Positions 1 to 12,265 of a DNA stretch of 64,000 nucleotides are shown here, in pieces; positions within the stretch are counted from its first letter, which is position 1; each line of letters starts with the position of its first letter. The DNA lies in NCBI RefSeq assembly GCF_009914755.1, contig NC_060929.1; one strand, given 5' to 3'. Origin of the DNA: the human T2T-CHM13v2.0 reference genome, Homo sapiens. Both the position numbers and the translations under genes were made by a program. Below the pieces are notes generated by a model. The model ran no database searches. It was not told the origin of the DNA and was given only the letters and a program-made list of their open reading frames with translations.

Positions 1-1591
1 CTGAACTAACTTTGTGATAGGTATATATGAGGGCAATCTATCTCATTTCTTTAGAAATAGAAATTAAACCTTTTAATTGATTATATATGGTTGAGATCCT
101 TTGAAAAGCATCCATGTCAATAATTAACTCAACTAGCTATAAAAAGAGTATAGTCATCATAATGAGTAACTTCTCTCTGTCCCAATATTTAATCCATGGA
201 CATTAAGAGCTATATGAAATTCAAGTACATCACTTGTATTTCAAATGCGCTTCCTTTGAGTCAAATTAAAGTGTGTTTTGAAATATGAAAAAATGTGTCT
301 AGAGACAACATGTCTCTACCTGACAGGGTTAGGGAGTAGATTAAATTGGTTTTACCATATCATACATTGACTCCAGTCCAGGTAGTCAGAGTTTATGACT
401 ATGATCAAATGCTGGAATTCAACTTTTCTAGGGGTCATTAGTTTCAACATGATGAGCAAAATACACATCATCTCTTCTTTGTGCTTCAAACCCAGTATAT
501 TATTAAATGACATTAATAAATAATAAAAATATAAGATATAAATAAAATATACATAAATGTATGTGCAAAAAAAAGAAGAGGAAATTTGGTTGATTAGAAA
601 CTGTGAGAAATGCTTCAAAGTTTAAATACAAAATGGGACAAAATAAATACCAAAATTATAGTTTGAGAGGCATGCAAAAGTGTGTCATAGAGTACTAACA
701 CAAAATGTTGCACCATGCCAGGCAATATGAGAGCTTTGACTTATGTAAGTGATAACATTTCATCAATGGTGACAGGCTAAATTAATCCAAATACTTAAAA
801 AACAAACATCTATATGTTTTCACTTAATTGGGTTCCTTGGACCTAAAGGTATGATGAAAATTAACTTTTTCTTGGTATATTGTAGAAAGAGTTCTAAATA
901 TTAAATTTCTGATTTAACTTATCTTTATTATGAGCCTTGATTTATTTACTAATGAAAAACTCAACTTTAAATATATATCCTTTCTAACTCTTTAGGTTAT
1001 TTCCCTTTCTGTCAGTTAAAAATACATTAATGACTAAAGTAAAAAAGATAAATCACGTCAATTTTCTTGAATGCCAGAGAGATGATCTCCACAATTGTAC
1101 AAAAGTAATGCAAACTTATTTCTCAAAATTTTGAATAAACCTCCCAATGAAATAGAGATCCATGTGTCCTATCATTCCTAGTTCCCTCAAAACTTTAATG
1201 AAATCACTTTAACTGCCTCACTTTAAATTGGAAATCTTTTAATGTCTGTAGAGTCTATACACCCAATAACTGACATATCAGCAACAGAAATCCAGATGTA
1301 CAGGGCTTTTCTTTAGTTCCTCCATATAAAGTGCTAATTAGAAGGATCGTTCCACTATGAGACACTGCTTTAGCACTTCCTGGGCAAATTATTTTTATGC
1401 TCAGACTTGTGAGTCAAATCTGGAGGGAAATGTTCTTACATTTTCAAACTAAGAAAGAAGCTGTTAATGACTAAGTAGTTGGTATTTCCTAACCTATGTG
1501 CATTATTGACCTAAACATCTTAGAACAATTGAAGATGCTTCCCTCTACAAGTATATTATTTATATAAATACAGTAAAGTTAGAGGCAAAAC

Positions 1592-2134
1592 TGAGAGGTG
1601 AAGCCAGCTGGACTTCCTGGGTCGAGTAGGGACTTGTAGAACTTTTCTGTCTAGCTAGAGGATTGTAAACGAACCAATCAGCACTCTGTAAAAATGCACC
1701 AATCAACACTCTGTGTCTAGCTAAAGGATTGTAAACACACCAATCAGCACTCTGTAAAAATGCACCAATCAGTGCTCTGTGTCTAGCTAAAGGATTGTAA
1801 ATGCACCAACCAGCACTCTGTAAAATGGGCCAACCAGCATTCTGTAAAATGGACCAATCAGCTCTCTGTAAAATGGACCAATCAGCAGGATGTGGGAGGT
1901 GCCAAATAAGGGAATAAAAGCTGGCCACCTGCGCCAGCAGCAGCAACCCGCTCAGGTCCCCTTCCACACTGTGGAAGCTTTGTTCTTTCACTCTTCACAA
2001 TAAATCTTGCTGCTGCTCACTCTTTGGGTCTGCACTACCTTTATGAGCTGTAACACTCACAGTGAGGGTCTGCAGCTTCATTTCTGAAGTCAGCAAAACC
2101 AAGAACCCACCAGAAGGAACCAATTCCAGACACA
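1592..2134 (+). repeat. LTR12-type 5' LTR
   Basis: Starts TGAGAGGTGAAGCCAGCTGG and ends GGAACCAATTCCAGACACA. Contains tandem CCAATCAGCACTCTG units and AATAAA motifs. Confidence 0.93.
1650..1890 (+). promoter_or_regulatory. LTR12 U3 CCAAT-box (NF-Y) tandem array
   Basis: Six CCAATC and two CCAACC motifs in repeated units such as TCTAGCTAAAGGATTGTAAATGCACCAATCAG. LTR12 U3 repeats are known NF-Y enhancer/promoter elements; activity at this copy is untested. Confidence 0.7.
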
Positions 2135-2137
2135 TTT

Positions 2138-2155
2138 TCACAACCCAGATGGGAC
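2138..2155 (+). other. Primer binding site, tRNA-Arg (degenerate)
   Basis: TCACAACCCAGATGGGAC versus TGGCGACCCAGATGGGAC (complement of the tRNA-Arg 3' end), 15/18 match, just after the LTR end. Confidence 0.8.
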
Positions 2156-3101
2156 TATCGTGTATCGCCAAGTGGCGAGTACCATCGGACCCCTTTCGCT
2201 TGCTATTCTGTCCTGTTTTTTCCTTAGAATTCGGGGGCTAAATACTGGGCACATGTTGGCCAGTTAAAAGTGACTAGCGTGGTGGCTAAAAACATGGGTG
2301 TCAGACTTTCTGAGAAAGGGCTCTCTAACAACCCCCGACTCTTCAGAGTTGGGAGCATTGGTTTGCCTGGAACCAGCTTCTGCTTTTCCTGTACTTCTGG
2401 GCTGAGCCTAGGGTGGACAGAGAGGAAAGCCATTCAGCTCCAAGATCCTGACAACAAGTTGGTTGACCTTGCAGCCATGAGCAGAACTCTCAAAGTCATG
2501 TCACCCAAGTGAGACTCTCCCATCCACCTATCTATCCTGACCTCTGTCTACTGGGTCTTAATGCCTGTCAGACAAACTTCCTCCTGCCTCTCTTCTCTGA
2601 GGCTAGTCCCACTTCTAAAAACCACTCCCTGTCTCTGGTGCTTTTCTAGTTTCTCCTATAAGAATTATTGCTAATATAAACTTCAGGACTCTGTTACCTT
2701 CTTTAGGCACCCGGGCTCACCAATCAGAAAGACATAATTTTTTGCCCAAAGCCCCATCATACAGGGGACTTTCTGGAATTTTAGGATCCCTCCTCAGACT
2801 AGCAGGCCAAACAAAAGCTATTCCTGAAGCTAGGATATGGGGAGCTTCAGAAATGGTATCTTTCCTATTCATATAAGTGAGGACAAAAGGCATCACTCTT
2901 CCAACCCTGGCGATCCCTTCCCTCCCTCAGGGTATGGCCGTCTACTTCATTTTTGGGGCATAACATCTTCATGGAATAGGCATAAGGTCCCAACACTAAC
3001 AGGAAAATGCTCAGGACTCTAACAGGTTTTCAAGAATGCTTCAGTAAGGGCCACTAAATCCAACTGCCTTTGGTCCTCCTTGTGGTCTAGGAGGAAAACT
3101 A

Positions 3102-3415
3102 GTGTTTCTGCTGCTGTGTCAGTGAGCGCAACTATTCCTATCAGCAGGGTACAGAGACTGTTGTGAGCTCTTGGGCAACAGGTGTTTCTGCTGCTGCATC
3201 AGTGAGCGCAACTATTCCTATCAACAGGGTCCAAGGCCATTGTGGGTTCTTGGGCAAGAGGTGTTTCTATTGCTGCATTGGTGAGTGCAAGCATTCTGAT
3301 CATCAGGGTCCAGGGACCGTTGCAGGTTCTTGGGCAAGAGGTGTTTCTGCTACTGCATCGGTGAGTGCAACTATTCCAATCAGCAGGGTCCAGGGACCTT
3401 TGTGGGTTCTTGGGC
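3102..3415 (+). repeat. About 80-bp tandem repeat x4 in the ERV9 leader
   Basis: Units beginning GTGTTTCT at 3102, 3182, 3261 and 3341. Confidence 0.9.
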
Positions 3416-3459
3416 TGGGGGTAGAAACAAACAAAACCACGGGTGGTTTTGTCTTTCAG

Positions 3460-4896
3460 ATGGGAAACCCTCAGGTATCAACAGGCTCACCCTTGAAATG
3501 CATCCTAAGCCATTGGGACCAATTTGACCCGCAAACCCTGAGAAGGAGGAGGTTCATTTTTTTCTGCACTATGGCCTGGCCCCAATATTCTCTCTCTGAT
3601 GGGGAAAAATGGCCACCTGAGGGAAGTATAAATTACAATACTATCCTGTAGCTTGACCTTTTCTGTAAGAGGGAAGGCAAATGGAGTGAATACCTTATAT
3701 CCAAGCTTTCTTTTCATTGAAGGAGAATACACAGCTATGCAAAGCTTGCAATTTACATCCCACAAGAGGACCTCTCAGCTTACTCCCATATCCTAGCCTC
3801 CCTATAGTTCTCCTTCCTATTAATGATAAGCCTCCTCTAATCTCCCCTGCCCAGAAAGAAACAAGCAAATAAATCTCCAAAGGACCACAAAACCCCCTGG
3901 GCTATCAGTTATGTCCCCTTCAAGCTGTAGGGGGAGGGGAATTTGGGCCAACCTGGGTACATGTCCTTTCTCCCTATCTGATTTAAAGCAGATCCAGGTA
4001 GACCTGGGAAAGTTTTCAGATGATCCTGATAGGTACATAGATGTCCTACATCTCACTTGGAGAGATGTCATGCTATTGTTAGATCAAACCCTGGCCTTTA
4101 ATGAAAATAATGTGGCTTTAGCTGCAGCCCAAGAGTTTGGAGATACCTGGTATCATCGTCCAGTAAATGATAGAATGACAGCTGAACAAAGGGACAAATT
4201 CCCTACTGGTCAGCAAGCCATCCCCAGTATGGATCTCCACTAGGACCTCAACTCAGACCATGGGGACTGGAGTCATAAACATCTGTTCACCTGTGTTCTA
4301 GAAAGACTAAGGAGAATTAGGAAAAAGCCCATGAATTGTTCAATGAAGTCCATCATAACTCAGGGAAAGGAAGAAAATCCTTCTCCTTCCTCAAGCAGCT
4401 ATGGGAGGCCTTAAGAAAATATATTTCCCTGTCACCCAACTCATTAGAGGGCCAATTGATCCTAAAAGATAAGTTCATTACCCAATCAGCCACACATATC
4501 AGAAGAAAGCTCCAAAAGTGAGCCCTGGACCCTGAACAAAATCTGGAGGCATTATTAAACCTGGGAACCTCAGTGTTCTATAATAAGGACCAAGAGGAAG
4601 AGGTCCAAAAGGAAAAGTGAGATCAGAGAAAGGCCGCAGCCTTAGTCATGGCCCTCAGACAAACAAACCTTTGTAGTTCAGAGAGGACAGAAAATGGAGC
4701 ATGCCAATCACCTGATGGGGCTTGTTACCAGTGTGGTTTGCAAGGACACCTTAGAAAACATTGTCCAATGAGAAACAAGCCACCCCCTCATCCATGTCCG
4801 CTTTGCCGAGGCAGTCACTGGAAGGCACACTGCCCCAGAGAGCAAAGCTTCTCTGGGCCAGAAGCCCCCAACCAGATGATCGAAAAACAGGACTGA
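3460..4896 (+). pseudogene. gag: ERV9 gag, disrupted
   Basis: MGNPQ...LKCILSHWDQFDP start, capsid segment LGKFSDDPDRYID, zinc knuckles CYQCGLQGHLRKHC and CPLCRGSHWKAHC. Multiple stops and frameshifts. Confidence 0.9.
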
Positions 4897-6346
4897 GGAT
4901 GCCCGGGGTAAGCACAAGCTCATGTCATCACCCTCACTGAGCCCCAGGTACATTTAACCATTGAGGGCTAGGAAACTGACTTCCTCCTGGACACTGGTGT
5001 GGCCTTCTCAGTGTTAATCTCCTGTCCCACATGACTGTCCTCAAGGTCTGTAACTATCCGAGGAATCCTAGGACAGCCTGTAACCAGGTATTTCTCCCAC
5101 CTCCTCAGTTGTAATTGGGAGACTTTGCTATTTTCACATGCCTTTCTTATTATGCCTGAAAGGCCCACACCCTTATTAGGGAGGGATATATTAGCCAAAG
5201 CTGGAGCTATTATCTACACGAATATGGAGAACAAGTTACCAATTTGTTGTCCCCTACTTGAGGGGGGAATCAACCATGAAGTCTGGGCCAAAAAAATTTG
5301 GAAGGGCAAAAAATGCCTGCCCAGTCCAAATCTGGCTAAAAGACCCCACCACTTTTCCTTATCAAAGGTAATATCCCTTAAGGCCTGAAGCTCATAAAGG
5401 ATTACAGGATATTGTTAAACATTTAAAAGCTCAAGGCTTAGTAAGAAAATGCAGCAGTCCCTGCAACAACACCCCAATTCTAGGAGTACAAAACCCGAAT
5501 GGTCAGTGGAGACTAGTGCAAGATCTTAGACTTATCAATGAGGCAGTAATTCCTCTATATCCAGTTGTACCCAACCCCTCTACCCTGGTCTCTCAAATAC
5601 CAGAGGAAGCAGAATGGTTCACTGTTCTGGACCTCAAGGATGCCTTCTTCTGTATTCCCCTCCACTCTGACTCCCAGTTTCTCTTTGCCTTTGAGGATCC
5701 CACAGACCACATGTCCCAACTTATGTGGACTGTCTTGCCCCAAAGGTTTAGGGATAGCCCTCATCTCTTTGGTCAGGCACTAGCCCAAGAACTAGGCCAC
5801 TTCTGAAGTCCAGGCCCTCTGTTCCTTCAGTATGTGGATGATTTACTTTTGGCTACCAATTCAGAAGCTTCATGCCAGCAGGCTACTCTAGATCTCTTGA
5901 ACTTTCTAGCTAATCAAGGGTACAAGGTGTCTAGGTCAAAGGCCCAGCTTTGCCTACAGCAGGTCAACTATCTAAGCCTAATCTTAGCCAGAGGGACCAG
6001 GGCCCTCAACAAGGAATGAATACAGACTTTACTGGCTTATATTCACCCTAAGACATTAAAACAGCTGCGGGGATTCCTTGGAATCACTGGCTTTTGCTGA
6101 CTATGGATCCCCAGACACAGCGAGATAGCCAGGCCCCTCTATACTCTAATCTAGGAGACCCAGAGGGCAAATACTTATCTTGTAGAATGGGAACCAGAGG
6201 CAGAAACAGCTTCAAAACCTTAAAGCAGGCCCTAGTACAAGCTCCAGCTTTAAGCATTCTCACAGGACAAAACTTCTCTTTATATGTCACAGAGAGAGCA
6301 AGGCTAGCTCTTGGAGTCCTTACTCAGACCTGTGGGACAACCCCAC
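4897..6346 (+). pseudogene. pol: ERV9 pro-pol, 5' part (protease, RT, tether)
   Basis: FLLDTG at 4981; RT motifs QDLRLINE, VLDLKDAFF, LPQ(R)FRDSP and YVDD at 5831. Stops are present. Cut at GTTP| by the nested insertion. Confidence 0.92.
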
Positions 6347-6840
6347 TGTATCAGGATGAGCTGCGGAAAAAAACCCTGAGACACCGAGATAGTGAAGGGA
6401 GTGGCTTTAATCAGCTGGAAGCATCAGCAGACTAGTGTCTTAAAATCCAGGCTTGTCAGGTGTACAATTTCTGTCCTTCTTAAGGGCTCACAATGCTAAG
6501 AGCTTCACATGAAAGGGTCGTGACTGACTGAGGAAGCCAGGGGGTACGTGACAGGGGCTGCATGCGCCAGTGGTCAGAGTGAAACAGAACAGACCAGGAA
6601 GTTTCACAATGTCTTTCCGTACAATGTCTGGAATCTATAGATAACATCAGCTGCTAGGTCAGGGTTCTTTTAACTACCAGGCTTAGGTCAGGCAGGCCCA
6701 GGCCTGGGTTTGGATCTGGTTCCTTGATTTCGGGTCTTGTTCCTAGGTGCCGGGCTACCCATCTTTAGTTTCACTTCTCTTTCCTTTGCTGAGTATAAAA
6801 CCATATAAAAAATATGAGAGGGTCTGTCTCTCTTCTCTCA
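6347..6840 (-). repeat. 3' LTR of the nested provirus (LTR2-related ERV1 LTR)
   Basis: The minus strand starts TGAGAGAAGAGAGACAGACCCTCTCATATT and is preceded by the PPT AGGGGGAAA (6841-6850). Near-copy of 12266-12748. Confidence 0.88.
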
Positions 6841-6849
6841 TTTCCCCCC

Positions 6850-7922
6850 TTTGAGATTCTCACTTTTTATTAGTGGGAGTTGTCACTCTTATTTTCACTA
6901 CTTATGTCTTTCTCTGCAATAGATTGATAAGGATTCATATATTACACTTGGGCTGAAGCATTTTAGTGAACTAAGGTAATGATGAAGCTTTTTATCATTT
7001 GAAGAAGTACAGGTAGCAAACAAGGGAGCAGTAAGCAAGTTCCTATTACTATTATAACTGCTATTATAAGAGTTTTAAATCCTTCTAGTGTTGGAACCAA
7101 TTTCCAAACATGGCCCCAGGATCAAATCTATGCCACACTCGCACATGTGCCAGTTTTGTCATGTCTTTAACTGTATCTTCGACTACTTGCCCCTGATCAT
7201 CTATGTGCAGGCAAAATTGATAAGGTTAAATTTTCTACAGACTTCTCCTTCAGCTGCTAGCAAGTAGTCAAAAGTCAATCTATTTTGATAGACAGCATTT
7301 CTCATCTGAGTTTCTTGCTAGGCCAGAATAGTCCAGGCTCTGCCAGTTTTATTAGTGATTATTTCTAAGACAGCTTGTAACCATATGATTCGATTGAGCA
7401 TGTAAATGGGGGTCCGGTATCCTTACGAGCTGTCTTGTGCCTAAGTACCTGGCCTAAAATATTGTATGATTCTCTCAGGCGGCCATTTATTATCTTTCTT
7501 ATTTTTTTTTTATAGCTATGCTTCTCTTCGCGGAAAGCATAGACAGGGAAGCCCAGGAGTTCGCCTGTTTTGGCTAACACTTTACTCATATCATCTATGA
7601 GCCCCGACCAGTCCTCAGTCCTTAATCTTATTTTAAAAACCATGGTCATGGGAGGCTCAGATGGGTCATAACACACATAAGGTTGGTCATTTCCTGGGCT
7701 ACAAACCTTGTATAGAATAACATTATACAAACAAGTTCTTTTTAGAGTTCCAGTACACTTATAATAACTGTAAAATAATAGGATTATAGCAACCTTTTGT
7801 CCTACCTCAGTGACTTGATGTATACACTGGGAACAGCCCTCAGTCTGAGAAAGATCAGTTGAAGTCCTTACTGTACAAGTCCAAATTTTAAGGAAAATGA
7901 GTCCCTCGATGAGTTTTCTCAT
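6850..7922 (-). pseudogene. env: HERV-E-like env, internally deleted
   Basis: MRKLIEGLIFLKIWTCTVRTSTDLSQTEGCSQCIHQVTEVG resembles the HERV-E env N-terminus. Immunosuppressive-domain-like [18 protein letters not shown] at about 7235-7290. Confidence 0.85.
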
Positions 7923-8052
7923 GCTTCAGCCATACGTGGACCAGTCAGCCTCCAGGTGTGACTAGAGCAGGGCTTGTCGTCTTCTTTAGAGTCGCTTTGC
8001 AAGGATTGGAGAAGCTGCTCCTGTCCACGTACAGCTCACAGTCTACTGATGT

Positions 8053-8541
8053 TCAAAGATGGTCTCGGAGGTTGGGCCTGCTAGAATAAACTGAGTCTAA
8101 CACTTCTACACAGTTATGTTCAACTAGGCTCTCTGATACTGGGAGCAAGGTGTTGGGGTTTAGGGTGTTGCAAACTTCAATGGTTATGCGGGGATTTTCA
8201 CAGAACATGCTTTGGTATCTAGTTAGTCTAGCATTCATTAACCAATGATGTCCTTTGATAGTCATTAAAGTTACAACAGCATGGGGGGCCTTTATATTCA
8301 GGTTTTGCCTAAGGGTTAATTTGTCTCCTTCTTGTGTTAACAGAGCCATTGCTGCCAGGGACCTTAGACATGGGGACCAGCTGTTGGAAACTCCGTCTAG
8401 TTGTTTTGAGAGATAGGCCACTGGCCTTGGCCAGGGCCCCACAGTCTTGGTTAAAACTCCAACTGCCATTTTTTTTTTTTCTGTCACATAGGGTGTAAAG
8501 GGTTTTGTCAAGTCAGGTAGTCCCAGGGCTGGGGTCGACAT
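8053..8541 (-). pseudogene. pol: Gammaretroviral pol tether/RNase H-proximal fragment
   Basis: PALGLPDLTKPF...GVLTKTVGPWPRPVAYLSKQLD...LNPNTLLP. Confidence 0.88.
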
Positions 8542-10897
8542 AAGTTTTTCTTTTAACTCATGAAAAGCTTGTTGCTGTTGGTTGTAATAGATGTAGTTTA
8601 TCTAATCTACATTTTTATTAACTGTCACCTACTAAAATATTGACTTAAATCCTGTAGCTATTTGATTTCAAGCTTTAAATTGATCTGGTATTCTTTGTGG
8701 GACTCCAATTGCATCTAAATAGATGTGAGAGTCGAAAGACCCATAAGGGGCTTCTCTCGCTTATGATGTCTTATTTTTTTTTCCTCTGGTTGATGAAATG
8801 CCAGGGTAAAAGGGATAGCCAAATGGAGTAAAGCACAAGTGCCACTCCAGTTATTCAGCAGATTGCCCAGTAAAGGTCCACCACAATACCCCACACATCC
8901 GCTTGGGGATGAACAGGGGCTGACTGATTGATAAGCTCTTGAAAATTCTTAAGTTCATCGTATCTCTTCAGGTCCCTGATGAATGCTAAGTTTCCTCCCT
9001 GTCAAGAGAGACACGAAATGAACTTAGTGTTGGGAGATGGAAGCTGGATGGCCCTCGGGGGCTGACCCGCAGTGTGCCAGACTTTGGGATATAGCAGAGA
9101 GAGCTTGGCATGACCTATTATTCCAGGCTGTAGAATCCTGGAAGAGAGCTACCATGCAGCCTATGCCTGGTCAACTGGAGGACCACCTTAGTGGAAAGGG
9201 AACAATCTGGGCCTCTGGCCTGCCATGTGCACAAGCATAACAATTGCTTTTGTTTAAAGTGCAGACGGAATATTTGATCCATTTTAACCAGGCATTTGCA
9301 TCTTGGTATCCTGTCTTAATTGCTGAAGTTTGTTTTAAGTCTTTAACTTCTATGATCCTCTAGTAAAATGAATGTATGGTTTTAGGAAATTACAAAAACC
9401 GGTTGGGGCAGTCCATCCTAGCTCTTTAGTGGTCCACAGAATGTTGGACCAACTATGGCATAAAAGCTCTACATTGGGGACAGTACTTGTGGTTGGCACT
9501 GGGGTCTTTATTGAAATCTCCCCAGATTAAATGGTCCTAGTTTACTAATGCCCAGTGTGAGGAGAGTCAGGAGGGACAGAAGTACTTTTCTGAAGTAGAA
9601 AGCTGTCTTTGACTTGGAAAGTCTCCTCAGGGTATAACAAGGCAAGCATTAAATGCAATAGTTTGAGGTGAAATTGACTTGGTTATATTAATAAGTAGAT
9701 GGTCAGCAATAGAACGAGGAAAGAAGAAAGAGTAATAGACTAGATGAAAAGAGTTAAATTTTTATTAGCTTTAGTTTGGTAGGGTTTTCCCCTGGGACTA
9801 TGGCCCATGACTCTGGAGGTGGGGGCACTTTCTTGACTCGGGTGTGATGAATCCATCCTTTTATTTTTTATTTTTTTTTGGCTGGACGAACAACAGTCTT
9901 GGTGGTTAGCAGCACAAGGTAATGTCCTTCCCAGGCTGGCTCGAGTTTTTATTTTTTCCACCCTTTGATGAGAAAGTGATCTTCAGGCTGGTGCTGGTTT
10001 ACCAGAAATTCTAGGGGTGGTACATGTGCTAAAAGACTTTAGTTTTTGAGAGAAAGGAAAGTGGAAGATAAATCAAGTATATAATTTTTAAGAAATTGAC
10101 ATTTTGTTTTAAATGTGGGGACCTTGGCAGTGGACTTTATAGTCCTAAATGCCTTTTTACTGTGAAATTTCCTTTAGCACCTATTTTTATTAGTTTTTAA
10201 ACCAAAGAAAGCCAAATACCATTTTACATTTAACAATGCCTTTTGTATGAATTTTATAGCAGATAAGTTAATTTTACCTTTATATTAGTGTGTTATTAAC
10301 GTTACACCTAATTTTCATAAAACCTTGTAGACATATTTATCCAATTTTTAATATTTGACCATAAGGTAAGATTTTATAGACACTTTTTAACCTTTTATAA
10401 TTTTTGCTAAAGAGCAGGTTGGTGCTTTAAGAAAAACCTGCTATGCTTTTATTTTAATGTCCAGTTTACAGAAAAATTGGATGACACATCTTTAACTTTA
10501 GCCAATGTTTACATACAGAATTTTCTTTCCAATTAACATTTTAAAACTTGATTAAACATTTAAAACAAAACATACATATTTTAAACCTTTTAATGTAGGT
10601 ACAAACTTACATTCTTATGCCTCCTTATAATCCTTTTACCAAAGGTATATTTTACTTTCCTTATACACCTTGCACATAACTTTTTTTTCCAATAGTATTA
10701 CATTCAGGAGGCCTAGTTACTTTTAAACTATACAACATTTCTTGCATGAATTCTTTTTTTATAACATTTTTCTCTTTTATGACTTTTGCAGACAATTCTT
10801 CGACATGCCTTAACTTTCTGACTTATTACAAATATTTCTTTCTTTAAACAACCAGTTAATTTATTTCAGGACAAGAGTTTACCATATAATACTCTTT

Positions 10898-11230
10898 TTA
10901 CATAAATTCCACCCCCCCTTTTTTCCTTAGGATACTTCTGAACTGGTGAGGTGTGCTCACAATGAGGTTTCCTCTAAAAGTTATGTGTTTTTTTTTTTTA
11001 CTTTTTTCTGTTAGCAAAGCAGTTGCCACTACAGATTGAATGCATTTTAGCCATCTGTGGGTTACTGGGTTAAGGATTTTTGATAGGAAGGCCTCAGTGC
11101 TTTTGGGATACACCCTTGTTTACATTGACAACAAAGTGGTATTGGAGTGTTATAGGGTTACGGAGAATACCTTGAATTATCAATTATAGGTTTTAAATTT
11201 ACCTTGGCTTTTAAAGGAATAGGGTGCACT
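10898..11230 (-). pseudogene. HERV-I/IP-like pol tether fragment within the nested element
   Basis: AFLSKILNPVTHRWLKCIQSVVATALL; homologous to 13846-14024. Confidence 0.65.
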
Positions 11231-11289
11231 TTTTTTCTTAACTACTTGTGTATCTCTCTCTTTATCTCTCTCTCTCTCTCTCTGCCTCT

Positions 11290-11600
11290 GCCAGCTGCTT
11301 ATGCTGCAGTTCTCTCAACCACTGTGGAGGGATCTAAAACCAGCTGTAACCAGGTATCTATGTAGGGGAACTGGTCTGGGTGCCCTGGCTTTACAGATTA
11401 CCTTGTGCCATACCTTTGAAACAAGGGACCTATCCAGGCTTCTTTCTGATGGCCAATCTACCTCTAATGCTGGCCAGTCTATTTGACATAAAGTTCTAAG
11501 TTTTCCTGGTGTCATAGTCTCCCTTAAATCCCTTTTTGAATTTTTTTAACATAGTTCCTAGTAGGGTGGGCTTATTTGTGCCTGACCCATGCTTCTTCGA
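11290..11600 (-). pseudogene. gag: gag matrix fragment of the nested element
   Basis: MTPGKLRTLCQIDWPALEVDWPSERSLD is a gammaretroviral matrix-like motif. Truncated at a (CT)n tract. Confidence 0.75.
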
Positions 11601-12242
11601 GACAAAACACCATGCTCACACCACACGCACACCACAAAACAAAAAACGGGTAAAAAGGGCACACACACACTTTTGCAGTTTACACCAAAACAAAATCAAA
11701 ACCAAAATCAGAGTATCCAGAAATCCAAGCCAGGTCAAAACCAAAACCAAAACCAAAGTATCTAGCAATCCAAGTCAAGTCAAAAACAAAGACCAAAGTG
11801 CCGGTACAGGCACACTGTGGGTGACTAGGCCATGCTTCCATGCAAATGGAGTAGGCAAGTTCCTAAGACCAGTCTTGTCAAGCAATTCAAACCAAGTCAA
11901 AACCAAAACCAAAATCAAAGTGCCAATAAAGGCATGCCATGGGTGATCAGGCCACGCTTCCACTCAAATGGAGTTGGCAATTTCCAAAGACTAGTCTTAC
12001 CAAGTTTCAGATATCCAGACTCCAAGTGCCAGTTCCTTCTTGGTGTTCAGCCACTGTGTTAATCCTCCATGGGGGCCTGCTACATGCTGCTCTGGTGAGG
12101 CACTTCACTGGGGCAATTGCCTACCCAGGAGCTCTCTATGAATTGTGTCATTCAGGCTGGCCGGAGTCCCCTGCAGGGATGTTCCACAGGTCAGGCATAA
12201 GCCGCCTAGAGGGCTGCCTCAGCTGTCTGTCAGTCACCTCTC

Positions 12243-12260
12243 TTCCCAGTCAGGGAACCA
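12243..12260 (-). other. Primer binding site, tRNA-Glu
   Basis: Minus strand TGGTTCCCTGACTGGGAA, 17/18 match to the complement of the tRNA-Glu 3' end, 5 nt from the LTR. Confidence 0.88.
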
Positions 12261-12265
12261 AGAAA

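Noticed and set aside
1560-1991. 143-aa repetitive ORF (ADWSILQ repeats) and CRISPR-like periodicity
   Set aside because: Antisense translation of LTR12 CCAAT tandem repeats; there are no unique spacers.
3163-3651. 162-aa ORF as an extended Gag
   Set aside because: Made of leader tandem repeats plus a gag start that stops at 3651; no evidence of function.
6094-6435. 113-aa ORF as a novel protein
   Set aside because: Chance read-through from ERV9 pol into the antisense LTR of the nested element.
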